The translations under genes and the position numbers were made by a program. Under the pieces are notes generated by a model, which was not told the origin of the DNA, did no database searches, and saw nothing but the letters and a program-made list of their open reading frames with translations. A stretch of DNA of 63,472 nucleotides, counting the filler, from Octopus bimaculoides (lineage: Eukaryota), in NCBI RefSeq assembly GCF_001194135.2. It is 7 parts of 6 records of this genome, joined end to end, with 100 filler letters (N's around TTAATTAATTAA, not from the genome) between each part and the next. Parts side by side here need not be neighbours in the genome. Positions count along the whole stretch, not along the records: positions 22,003 to 44,308 come from NC_068986.1; 6 more parts are not named here. One strand, written 5' to 3'. This document shows, one piece after another, positions 24,488 to 36,573 of this stretch (its first letter is position 1; every line of letters begins with the position of its first letter).

Positions 24488-24735
24488 CTTCTTGTAAATG
24501 TAACCGGTATAATTTCATATTGAACCATATTATGCCTTCTCCCTGTTAACAAACCCCTGTTTCTCTCATCCAACAAGATCTGTGAGGATGTACTCTGCTG
24601 TATGTCAGCAACTTCAAGGACAAACACATCTGATCCTCCCGACAGATTTTCCTCTATCTTTCCCAACCATTCTGTCGATACTTGCTGGGTTGACATTTTT
24701 TTAAAAATCATACATCTTGTGATATTAGAAGTCAT
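24488..24735 (-). CDS. Candidate coding exon of an unrecognised gene (5' boundary uncertain)
   Basis: 83-codon non-repetitive ORF, the other two minus frames are closed; ends at a GAAG|GTAATG donor. Confidence 0.35.
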
Positions 24736-26005
24736 TAATATTCTTAAAGTAATTAGTTGTTGTTTTTGCGAGTAAAGGCTTCTTTCTCTCCAGCTGATAT
24801 TTCTGATCTGATGTTTTAATATTTAATCTGATTCAATTTCTTGACGTCACCAGATTTACTATTTAACTTTCTTTTTCTTTCACAATCATAAGAAACAAAA
24901 ATTCTTGAAGAAACAGCTTTCCACTAAACAATGTTTTGCTGTCTTTGTTTCGTACCATTCATACGTCTTTGTTTAGTACCATTCTCTTTCTCCCTCTCTC
25001 GTTGCTCACACGTGACCATCGACCATCTTTCTTTACCTCATGTGACCATCTTTCTTTTCCTCCACGACGTCCTAAGGACTAGATGTCTTATATCTCTCTC
25101 TTCTATCTTTTCACTTTTCAAAGAAAATATTTCTCCCGGCGTTCGCTATTTCCCCCGCTTTCTCGTCTAACGACCATTCATGTTTGTTTTTGTTTGGTTT
25201 CTTTCTATGACTCCACTGCGCTGCTTTTGTTCCCAAATCGAAGACTCATATTATCGTTGAATGTTCGAAATGAGGAGTAGANNNNNNNNNNNNNNNNNNN
25301 NNNNNNNNNNNNNNNNNNNNNNNNNNNNNNNNNNNNNNNNNNNNNNNNNNNNNNNNNNNNNNNNNNNNNNNNNNNNNNNNNNNNNNNNNNNNNNNNNNNN
25401 NNNNNNNNNNNNNNNNNNNNNNNNNNNNNNNNNNNNNNNNNNNNNNNNNNNNNNNNNNNNNNNNNNNNNNNNNNNNNNNNNNNNNNNNNNNNNNNNNNNN
25501 NNNNNNNNNNNNNNNNNNNNNNNNNNNNNNNNNNNNNNNNNNNNNNNNNNNNNNNNNNNNNNNNNNNNNNNNNNNNNNNNNNNNNNNNNNNNNNNNNNNN
25601 NNNNNNNNNNNNNNNNNNNNNNNNNNNNNNNNNNNNNNNNNNNNNNNNNNNNNNNNNNNNNNNNNNNNNNNNNNNNNNNNNNNNNNNNNNNNNNNNNNNN
25701 NNNNNNNNNNNNNNNNNNNNNNNNNNNNNNNNNNNNNNNNNNNNNNNNNNNNNNNNNNNNNNNNNNNNNNNNNNNNNNNNNNNNNNNNNNNNNNNNNNNN
25801 NNNNNNNNNNNNNNNNNNNNNNNNNNNNNNNNNNNNNNNNNNNNNNNNNNNNNNNNNNNNNNNNNNNNNNNNNNNNNNNNNNNNNNNNNNNNNNNNNNNN
25901 NNNNNNNNNNNNNNNNNNNNNNNNNNNNNNNNNNNNNNNNNNNNNNNNNNNNNNNNNNNNNNNNNNNNNNNNNNNNNNNNNNNNNNNNNNNNNNNNNNNN
26001 NNNNN

Positions 26006-26041
<36 letters not shown>

Positions 26042-26044
<3 letters not shown>

Positions 26045-26544
26045 ATAGTGTATGAAAAATACACGGAGAGAGAAAACCAGTGGTATAAATTATGTAATAA
26101 TTTTTACTCTTGTATTTATGAAGTTAAATATTCAAATTCTTCGGCCGAATAGTATACGTTTGAATTTATTCACTGCTATACTATAACTTATCCCGTTGCT
26201 TGAAGGCATTAGATTTGAATTCTTGATGTGTAAAAATGCAACTGAATGTGCATGTGTTTATTTTGTGTTTTACTTTGTGTTTTTGGTACGTATTGTTGTC
26301 TCATATACATTTTACAGCGACCTTACTGACGAGCTACGGATGAAAAATTAATCAATTAATTAACTTATTAGTTGACTTAGTTGGTCATTAATGGTGAAAC
26401 TCATGGGTATAAGGTTAGCCGAAAATTTTATTCAACGTGCTTTAATATAAGAATGTTTTTCACGGTTTGGGGCTTTGACTGCAATTTTTAGCATCTAAGA
26501 AATCCACATGGTTTTCTCTCCGTGTATATTTCATACACTATTAT
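26042..26544. mobile_element. MITE with ~42 bp TIRs
   Basis: TAATAGTGTATGAAAAATACACGGAGAGAGAAAACCA at the left; its near reverse complement at 26504-26544; TA-rich flanks. Confidence 0.75.
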
Positions 26545-27489
26545 ATTTTAAAATATTTATGCCTTCTGACTTATATTACGCATGCTAACCCCTGGTATAC
26601 ATTATTTGATAATCTTTACTGTATTTATAAACTTACACACGCACACACNNNNNNNNNNATATATAACAATTCAAGTAAATAAGGAGGATAATACATCTAC
26701 AAAGTTTTTATTATTACGGCCTATCATATAATATATATATATAATTTAAATCTCTTTCCGACATGTTTCTTCTGGATGGATATCTGGACATCTCACACAA
26801 TGGTTTACATTTGCAACCAGTTTTTTCATCTGGTTAAGAGTCTGTGCAGTTTTATTCAAGGTGTTCCACTGTTGCAGTTTGAAGCGAACTGAAGTATGAT
26901 GGGTCAGACAGTATTACATTTAGTATGTGGCGATAATTTTTGAGTGCATTGAATAAGAGCACAATAGTTAGAAATCTGATATAACTATAAAATCCGTTAT
27001 CAGAACGACTCTAGGATGACCCTAAGTTTTGAATTTCGAATCATGAATGCTAAATCTTAAACTAGGTCAGAGTGTATTTCATCCAATAGCTTTAAGCGAA
27101 GTAAATAGGAATAAATTTCAGTGATACAATTAAGGGTCAGTAAGTCAAATATAATTTTGAAATATATGATATACAGAATTTCCTTGTAAGCCCAAGATAT
27201 TGTACGTAGTATGACCGAAAACTTCCACCTAAAGTGAAATCCAAATTTTTAGCTATGCAAATAAATCTTAAATCTACATGTTGATAACATCCTCTTAGAT
27301 ATAGAATAAATTATTCCATATGCGAAGTGTTACACACAAGTAATGCTAATTAGTTGGAGGATTCCTACCAGGATGCAGGCAAACTAGATACAGCACTAAT
27401 ATTATGAATGTAAACTCTAACACCTCCAATTTAACCCCTCCAATATTGTGAATGTAAACTCTAACAACTCCAATCTGCGTGATACTTAA

Positions 27490-28803
27490 TTAAAAATCTT
27501 TCCTATGGAAATATTTGAATGTTTTTCTGTGAAGGAGTGCACATTCCAGGGCTAATTCCTGTTTATTATTTAATACTTGGTATTTAGATGCGAAAGTATG
27601 GAATATTTCTTCTAAGCATAAATTATATTTCCTATTTCCGATTATGTAAGTCTCTGTCCCCACTTCCCCGTTGTTTACCACTTTATATCAAAGGCAGTGT
27701 TTCTATCCTTTAGGGAGCAAATAGACCCACTTAAGCTTGTACCGTTAATTTTCTATCTATCCTTCAAGGAAACTAGGCGATTAGCTAATCTCGCCTTGAA
27801 AGTAGTCGAGCATGCCCCTATATTATAGTATGAAATCCCATCTGACGTAACCCTACATGTGTACACTATATTTTTCCTGAAACATTGTGCATTGTGGGGG
27901 CAAATTTTCTTGTTACAGCTACAAAGATTTTTAGTGACATTAGCTCAATCTGCGCTTATGGATACCTCCTCCAGATTTCTATCTAAAGATCTACAAGTGT
28001 TTACATTTAGACTATACTCTTGATTTTGCGTGTTATTCTGTCCAAAGTTTATCACTTTTAGTTCACGAGCGGAACAGATAACTTAGTCACTCTGGTGAGA
28101 TTTTGAACACAGCATTTATTGACAATGCAAGGGAAATGTATGGGATACTGGAAGTGAGCAGCTGAAGGGAGGTAACTAATACTTAATTTAAGTATTCGGC
28201 AAGTGTAATTGGATAAATGTACTTGTATTTTGATAGCTGCACCATTGTGGCTATTATTCGGAGTATTTCGCCGACTAATTGATCCCCCAAACGGATTGGT
28301 TATTGCTGTTCTTAACGAGAGTAAAACGCACTTGATATTTATTTCAACTATGTCGTTGTATCGACACTTGAAAGATCGTTGATCGAACCAGATAATATAA
28401 CTGTAGTTGAGATTATTGTTGTATTGTCCCTTCTTATGGTATTGGTATTTTCCTTAACTCCGTTTATTATAATCTCAGAGATTAAAAAAAAAGTGGAGGC
28501 TGACGTCGGAAGAAGAAGAAAGAAGGCTCCCGTCTATGAAAATCGTAATAACCCGAGTGGTTCAGAAATTGCTGTGAACCTGAGCCAAAGATGGAGTCTC
28601 TTCGTAGGTGCTCGAAATGTTACAAATAGTAATCAGATGACCATCTTTTTAAAATGTAGATCACACTGAATAATGTCGGCTAAGATACATTATTATAGTC
28701 CTAGATATTTAAAGAAAAGACTAAATGGTCACGGGTGGAACAATTTGGATCAAAATGTGTTTGATCAGGGTTGACCTAGTCCTCAATAACAACAACAGCA
28801 ATA

Positions 28804-28846
<43 letters not shown>

Positions 28847-29700
28847 TAGTGTGCCATTCTGTGGTCGTTCATACTTATCTGTGTCATGATTGTTGAGGGT
28901 TAGGCATGTTAGCCCATGGTATCGCAAAATCCAGTGATAAGGTTCGAACTATCGTTTACTTGACTGGATCTCTGATACTCTGTTGATAAAAAGAAATGGA
29001 AAGCAATCATTCAACCCTGGCTCCGGGTTTCATTACAGACCCAGGAATTGAAACCAAATTTGGAATATCTGTTTACAATCACAGCCATTTTTGGACTACA
29101 GCGATATTTGCTGTCTTCCATAGTTGTCATGGGGACAAGCAATGCTCTCAGAAGGAATGACAAGCAAACGACACAATCGTCTTTCACGCCATTTGTTTAA
29201 TTTGATTAAAGACAAACACATCTCTGATCCTGAATGATTGACGAACGATAATTCTATAATAGCAACGCAGAAATCCTTTGGAATTCCTTTTGCATAAAGC
29301 CCATATAATCAAGTGTCGACTAATGTTAGTTGACAATTGTCCATATATACAATAATGGATTCTCTTGAACTTACCGCTGTTACAACATCATTGGGTATTT
29401 CGGGTAATCTTCCAATATATCCTTTCTATTTTTACGGTAGCAGTGTGTGATTTGGGGTGATTTGGCTTGATATTTCTAGTAAGTGAGATGACTTCAAGAA
29501 TTTTTTTCAACAGCTGAATGAATTGACATGGTATCTATCAAAATAAACTGAAGACAAACAGGCCGCAGGCTATATTGACAGGGCATCAAGACATCTTGGA
29601 GGCAACCAGTCCACTGTTTATATTGACGGTATATGAAGATACAATATAAGCAGGAGCAAAGGTTTCTCAAGTTTAAAAGTTCCATGTCTGTAACTCTTCC
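27490..29700 (-). mobile_element. Degenerate Penelope-like retroelement (RT plus GIY-YIG endonuclease)
   Basis: Minus-strand peptides: YIIWF (~28390), CNKKICPHNAQCFRKNIVYTCRV (~27850-27915), YNIGACSTTFKARLANRLVSLKD (~27760-27830), LCLEEIFHTF..VLNNKQEL (~27540-27620), matching the GIY-YIG architecture of Penelope-like elements; weaker RT remnants at 29000-29550; interrupted by family E pieces and (ACT)n. Confidence 0.8.
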
Positions 29701-30664
29701 AAGTTTTCCCTGTAGATTATGATAAACACTATGAGTTAATTGTCATTTAATGAACTGTAGGGCTATTATAGGGAAAATAAGCAATAAAAGTGACGTTGAA
29801 CAAAATGTCTTCTAGTGTTAAGATATCGCCAGCCTCATTCAGATTTCATATCTCTCCGAGCACTATTTTACCTTTCGCCATCTTAGCGCAGATAAAATAT
29901 GTACCACATAAATGCTGAGATTAATGCAACCCACTGGCTCTCACCCGGAAAAAAGAAATATTCAATAGACTGATCACTTGTTGATGGACATTTGTTACAG
30001 ACAGGTCAAGTAACAGACTCTATCCGCAAAAAATCTATGTGAAAACAGTAGTAGACTGCAAGTTAAAATTTAACAGAATTATTGGTACAGCTAGTATTCG
30101 TAATATTCGAATATATAATCCTGATCCGTCGATTACTAAGATTCATCCATATGGTTGACAAACACTGACAGAACTAGAAGAAAATTAAAACAAGGTTCAA
30201 AGTTGTATTAAATATCATTGTTTTGATCAGTCTATTACTTGGCAGATTGATTTATAACACAAATATTTAATATAGTGATATAACGATATAAAGCGAAGAT
30301 CAGATAAAAGGCAATTATATAATACGGAGAGTGGTGACAGAAGTAAATGAAAATATTGATACAGATGAAACAGGATGGCTTTTAGTTTTCTCTAATCACT
30401 AAGAATGCAGAATAAATCGACTGTTAATCGTTGCTATGACACAGTGTCTATGTGAACGGACATGAAATATAGCACAGGAAGAAAGTATGGAATATTTACT
30501 TGAAGTTACCTCGCGTGATATGTAGATATTTCGTTGAAAAATTTCCTCATCATTTTCTGTTATGAAGAAAACAAAAGACTTACACATTCAACTACAAAAT
30601 AAGTATAGCTGTTGTTGACACTACGAGCTGGTGTTATATATATCGTCCTATAGTACGAACAAAG

Positions 30665-31045
30665 GTGGAGGCGCAATGGCCCAGTGATTGGGGCAGCGGA
30701 CTCGCGGTCATACGATCGCGGTTTCGATTCCCAGACCGGGCGTTGTGAGTGTTTATTGAGCGAAAACACCTAAAGCTCCACGAGGCTCCGGCAGGGCATG
30801 GTGGCAAACCCTGCTGTACTCTTCCACCACAACTTTCTCTCACTCTTACTTCCTGTTTCTGTTGTACCCTTTGTAATTCAAAGGGTCAGCCTTGTCACAC
30901 TGTATCACGCTGAATATCCCCGAGAACTACGTTAAGGGTACACGTGTCTGTAGAGTGCTCAGCCACTTGCATGTTAATTTCACGAGCAGGCTGTTCCGTT
31001 GATCGGATCAACTGGAACCCTCGACGTCGTAAGCGACGGAGTGCC
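30665..31045 (+). mobile_element. SINE family A, young, truncated by a gap
   Basis: Nearly identical to 33907-34303. Confidence 0.93.
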
Positions 31046-31985
31046 NNNNNNNNNNNNNNNNNNNNNNNNNNNNNNNNNNNNNNNNNNNNNNNNNNNNNNN
31101 NNNNNNNNNNNNNNNNNNNNNNNNNNNNNNNNNNNNNNNNNNNNNNNNNNNNNNNNNNNNNNNNNNNNNNNNNNNNNNNNNNNNNNNNNNNNNNNNNNNN
31201 NNNNNNNNNNNNNNNNNNNNNNNNNNNNNNNNNNNNNNNNNNNNNNNNNNNNNNNNNNNNNNNNNNNNNNNNNNNNNNNNNNNNNNNNNNNNNNNNNNNN
31301 NNNNNNNNNNNNNNNNNNNNNNNNNNNNNNNNNNATTAAGTACAGGACATCACCAACGTGTGAAGGATACGCAAACACAGGAGAGATAAGTACAGGACAA
31401 AATACAAAAAGAAAATACCAAAGAATACACAATAACTACAGGATATCACCCACGAGTGGAAAATACGTAAACGAAAATACGTAAACGAAAATACGTAGAC
31501 ACATGAGAGATAAGTAGAGGACAAAATACCAAAACAAGATAACTCCTCGTGACTTGTCGACCTGTTTTACTACTCCCAATTTCGTGCTTTCAACAAGATA
31601 GGAAAACCTCATAAGACAGCAGCATCCAGAAATTTTAAAAATATAAAATTTGTGGAGAGTTAGGGCTTCGAACGAACAAACAACAAAGTGAACGTACAGA
31701 GTAAACAATCGAAGAAGACAAACGTTAAGGGCCGTCAGGCCGAGACGAATTGTAATGGATAACACGTGGGATAAATTTTGAAAGCATATGGAATAAATAG
31801 AAGAGAAGAAAATAGTAGGAGAGAAAAAATGTCGTGAGGCGAGAGGAATGACGTCCAGCTAGGTGGACGTCTCATCCAGAAAGAATACACAATAACTTCC
31901 ATCACAACCAGTCTTCCACAATGCATACATACATTGTATGTGTGTGTGTGTGTGTGTTTGCATGTGAAGTGGCAGCAGCAGTAAC

Positions 31986-32044
<59 letters not shown>

Positions 32045-32355
32045 AAGAGTTAATGCTTTCATCAATTGGTAAGAAAGAAAAGGTCCACTAAACTGCAATG
32101 TCTTATCTACCAAAGAACTTGCATCAGCTGACATTATAGGAGTTATCTATCTTGGGTTTTTTTCCAGGTTTTAACTCCATTAAAGGGAGTTTTTATCTTT
32201 AAATTCTTCGAGTGATCTCACTATATAATGTATATAATGCTACACGGGATATTATGTGTATAAATGTGTGTATTTATATACGTGAGTGTGTGTACGTATA
32301 TATGAATGTGTATACACACACACACACATATATATATATATAAATAAATACATAT

Positions 32356-32400
<45 letters not shown>

Positions 32401-32942
32401 NNNNNNNNNNNNNNNNNNNNNNNNNNNNNNNNNNNNNNNNNNNNNNNNNNNNNNNNNNNNNNNNNNNNNNNNNNNNNNNNNNNNNNNNNNNNNNNNNNNN
32501 NNNNNNNNNNNNNNNNNNNNNNNNNNNNNNNNNNNNNNNNNNNNNNNNNNNNNNNNNNNNNNNNNNNNNNNNNNNNNNNNNNNNNNNNNNNNNNNNNNNN
32601 NNNNNNNNNNNNNNNNNNNNNNNNNNNNNNNNNNNNNNNNNNNNNNNNNNNNNNNNNNNNNNNNNNNNNNNNNNNNNNNNNNNNNNNNNNNNNNNNNNNN
32701 NNNNNNNNNNNNNNNNNNNNNNNNNNNNNNNNNNNNNNNNNNNNNNNNNNNNNNNNNNNNNNNNNNNNNNNNNNNNNNNNNNNNNNNNNNNNNNNNNNNN
32801 NNNNNNNNNNNNNNNNNNNNNNNNNNNNNNNNNNNNNNNNNNNNNNNNNNNNNNNNNNNNNNNNNNNNNNNNNNNNNNNNNNNNNNNNNNNNNNNNNNNN
32901 NNNNNNNNNNNNNNNNNNNNNNNNNNNNNNNNNNNNNNNNNN

Positions 32943-33009
<67 letters not shown>

Positions 33010-33260
33010 TCTTCTTTAGTAATAAGACTTCTGGCTTTTCTCTACACCACATAGCCGTTTTTGCACCTCTCTTCGCTTCTCTCCCCTCATTCCCTTCCTT
33101 CCTATTTTTCTTTCCCTCCTCCCTCTCTCTGTCTTTCTCTCTTTCCACTTCTCTTTCCCTTTTCCCTCTCTCTCCATCCTCTTTCTATCCCTCTCTCTCT
33201 CTCTCTCTCCATCCTCTTTCTATCCCCCTCTCTCTCTCTTTCTCTCCCCCTCTCTCTCTC
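32943..33260. repeat. (CT)n and degenerate pyrimidine tract
   Basis: Direct inspection. Confidence 0.9.
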
Positions 33261-33789
33261 GCTCCTACTACGGCTGCTTCTCAATTTTCCCAAATTTTCT
33301 TTTCTCGTTTCTCAAAATATTCGTCCCTTTTTGTCTTCTCTACGCAAACACTTACTGTAAACTCCTTTTTTTTTTCTCATTCATTTTTTCTCACTCTCCT
33401 TCTTCTCCTTTCTCTTTTTGTATCTCGATTTCTGTATGGTTATCTCTTCCACCAGAGTCTTCGTGTTCTTTGATGGCCCAGTTTAGCACCACCATCTGAC
33501 ATTTAGGTGTGTTGATCAGAGACGACTCAGTTGCAAGAATGAAGACCATGTCTCGAAGACCAATGTATATCAATGTACTGTCTCTTCTTTCTACAGTAGC
33601 AGTCTCTCATTCATGGTTTCTTTCTCAATTCTTCAAACTGTCAGTAGAGTAGAGGGTGCCTAGAGGGGGTCACAGCTGTGGTCTTCATTCCTCTGGTTAA
33701 TGTATAAAAAATTTCTTGAATGCATCGGAACGCCTTTTGATTTCGCAATCAACGTTACTCTAAGTTCATCAATATAATGTGTCATCACT

Positions 33790-34420
33790 CTGTAAGCTTA
33801 CTACACCTCAAGCACCAACACCGATATGTGTCCGATGCAGCCGCTTATCGTTCTCTTTCTAGCCCTTTTGCGTCTCATTCTATACATTACTATCTAATCA
33901 GTTCTTGTGGAGGCGCAATGGCCCAGTGGTTAGGGCAGCGGACTCGCGGTCATAGGATCATGGTTTCGATTCCCAGACCGGGCGTTGTGAGTGTTTATTG
34001 AGCGAAAAAACACCTAAAGCTCCACGAAGCTCCGGCAGGGGATGGTGGTGAACCCTGCTGTACTCTTTCACCACAACTTTCTCTCATTCTTACTTCCTGT
34101 TTCTGTTGTGCCTGTAATTCAAAGGGTCATCCTTGTCACACTGTGTCACGCTGAATATCCCCGAGAATTACGTTAAGGGTACACGTGTCTGTGGAGTGCT
34201 CAGCCACTTGCACGTTAATTTCATGAGCAGGCTGTTCCGTTGATCGGATCAACTGAAACCCTCGACGTCGTAAGCGACGGAGTGCCAACAACAACAACAA
34301 CAAAATCAGTTCCTACCAATATCTTCCTTCAAAACTGTAAATCTTTGGAAAGGCTACCAAATCTCAAGTTTTCCTCCTATGTATATATATGATTTTTAAA
34401 GCAACGCAATAACTTCACAT
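33790..34420 (+). mobile_element. Old Jockey/I/CR1-like LINE 3' end split by a SINE A insertion
   Basis: Right of the SINE it translates SFKTVNLWKGY..FPPMYIYDF*S (like SFxxRTxxLWNxLPxxVFPxxYxxxxFKS); the left flank gives a compatible upstream peptide. Confidence 0.45.
33907..34303 (+). mobile_element. SINE family A, full length with (CAA)n tail and candidate TSD AATCAGTTC
   Basis: A and B boxes intact; AATCAGTTC at 33896-33904 and 34304-34312. Confidence 0.95.
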
Positions 34421-34809
34421 ACTTCAGTGTGGTAACGTCTGCTAAGACTATAGGAAGGAAACGTCTATTGATTTTATTATAACATACGTTAATAAAATAT
34501 ACAGTGAGTGGCAAAGTATACACATCGACTAAAAATTGCACACCTTGTCTACCAGACACTATATACTACCAGGCACTAAATAACATCTTTACCAGCTACT
34601 ACATACTGTCTCCACTAGGCCTTATACACCATCTCTATTTCTACACGTTACTACATACCATGTTTACAAGGCACAAAAGACCATCTCTACTAGGCATTAT
34701 ATGCCAGTTCCAATAAGAACTATATACCAATTCCACTGGGCACGATTTACCCAGCTCTATAAGTTACAATATTCCATTTTCACAAAGCATTTTTACATAC
34801 TATCTCAAT

Positions 34810-35460
34810 GACGGTGAGCTGGGAGAATCGTTAGCACGCCGGTATTTAGATCATTGCTACGCTTTGAGTTCAAATTCCGCCGAGGTTGACTTTGCCTTTC
34901 ATCTTTTCGGGGGTCAATAAATTAAGTACCAGTGAAACTCTAGGGTCGATGTAGTCAACTATCCTCCTCCTCTAAATTTCAGGCTTTGTACTTATAGTAG
35001 AAGGGATTATTACATACTATTTTAATGCTAGTGAGCTGGCAGAATCGTTAGCACGCTGGGCGAAATGCTTAGCGGTATTTCGCCTGTCGCTACGTACTGA
35101 GTTCAAATTCCATCGAGGTCGACTTTGCCTTTCATCCTTTCGGGGTCGATTATATAAGTACCAGTTACGCACTGGAGTTGATATAATCGACTTAATCCGT
35201 TTGCCTGTCCTTGTTTGTCCCTTCTGTGTGTAGACCCTTGTGGGCAATAAAGAAATAGGAATTGTTAGCGAGTTGGACAAAATGCTCAGTGACATTTCTT
35301 CCAGCCCTTTACGTTATGAGTTCAAATTTCGCCGAGGTCAGCTTTTCTCTCCATTCTTACGGAGTGGGTAAAATAAAGTACCAGTCAAGTACTAGGGTCA
35401 ATGTAATTGACTAACCCCATCCCCTAAAATTTATAACCTTTTGCCGCACTTTGAAACTAG
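34810..35460 (+). mobile_element. Three tandem SINE family B copies (34810-35010, 35030-35260, 35262-35460)
   Basis: Each has a GAG(C/T)TGG...GTTAGC head and a GAGTTCAAATT B-box; the three 3' tails differ. Confidence 0.88.
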
Positions 35461-36192
35461 TATCATACATCATCTCTATTAGGCACTGTATACTGTCTTT
35501 GTGCTACTGTTGCTGATGATGATGATGATGTTGTTGGTGATGGTGATGGTAGTTGTTGTCATGGGGATCATGGGGGTAGCAGTATGATTAATGATGGGAG
35601 CAGAGGTGTTAATGAAGATGGTGTTAATGGTTATAGTGCTGATGGTGATAGTGTTAGCTGTGTTGACGTAGAAACGATGGTTGTGCTAGTATCGGCAATG
35701 ATGATACTTGTTGTCATAGTAACAAATGGTTGTTATGACAGTAATGGTAATATTAGGACTGTGGTAGTGATGGCGATGGTTGTGGTGGTAGTGGTGGTGG
35801 TGGCAGCGGTGGTAGTGGTGATAGTGGTGGTGGTGGTGGTAGTTGTAATGACGCCGATTGTGATAGTAGATATTAGTAATTGCTGTTTAACCCTAGGCGA
35901 TCGATGATCCAGTAGACCTATGACATTCCAGCCACCACCATTCAGCGTTAATATTGATGTGCACATCACCTTTAGCTAGTGTTTCCCTTCCATTTGAAGA
36001 CTTTAGAGTACGATTTGAGGGAGATTTAGCAACTATTTCAATCAGGTCGGGAGATGTTCTAGAAGCTTTCTCATTAGTTCGTACTGTTGAATATGATTCC
36101 ATGTTGTGCATCGATGAGTTTCAGTTTCAATGAGGCTAAACATTTTGCTCAGAATGCTAACGATTTTACCAGCTCGCTACCGTTACTCATTG

Positions 36193-36573
36193 CTCTTTAC
36201 TCTTTACTTGTTTCAGTCATTTAACTGCGGCCATGCTGGAGCACCGCCTTTAGTCGAGCAAATCGAACCCAGGACTTATTCTATCGGTTCCTTATGCCGA
36301 ACCGCTAAGTTACGGGGATGTAACCACACCAGCATCGGTTGTCAAGCGATGTTGGAGGGACAAACACAGACACACAAACACTCATATATACATATATATA
36401 TACATATATACGACGGGTTTCTTTCAGTTTCCGTCTACCAAATCCACTCACAAGGCTTTGGTCGGCCCGTTGCTATAGTAGAAAACACTTGCCCAAGGTG
36501 CCACGCAGTGGGACTGAACCCAGAACCATGTGGTTGGTAAGCAAGCTACTTACCACACAGCCACTCCTATGCC
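36193..36573 (-). mobile_element. SINE family C, near full length
   Basis: Reverse complement of 20907-21234 plus the tRNA-like head. Confidence 0.93.

Noticed and set aside
26320-26395. CTGACGA...GAAA hammerhead-ribozyme-like core
   Set aside because: Stem III is not followed by the required U-H cleavage triplet, and no convincing stem I partner exists.
33907-33980. tRNA gene calls for the heads of SINE families A, B, C and F
   Set aside because: They have A and B boxes but no intact cloverleaf or acceptor stem, and they continue into multi-copy SINE bodies.
35584-35969. Val/Met-rich and Thr-rich ORFs
   Set aside because: Degenerate (GTG/GAT)n trinucleotide tract with no splice or homology support.
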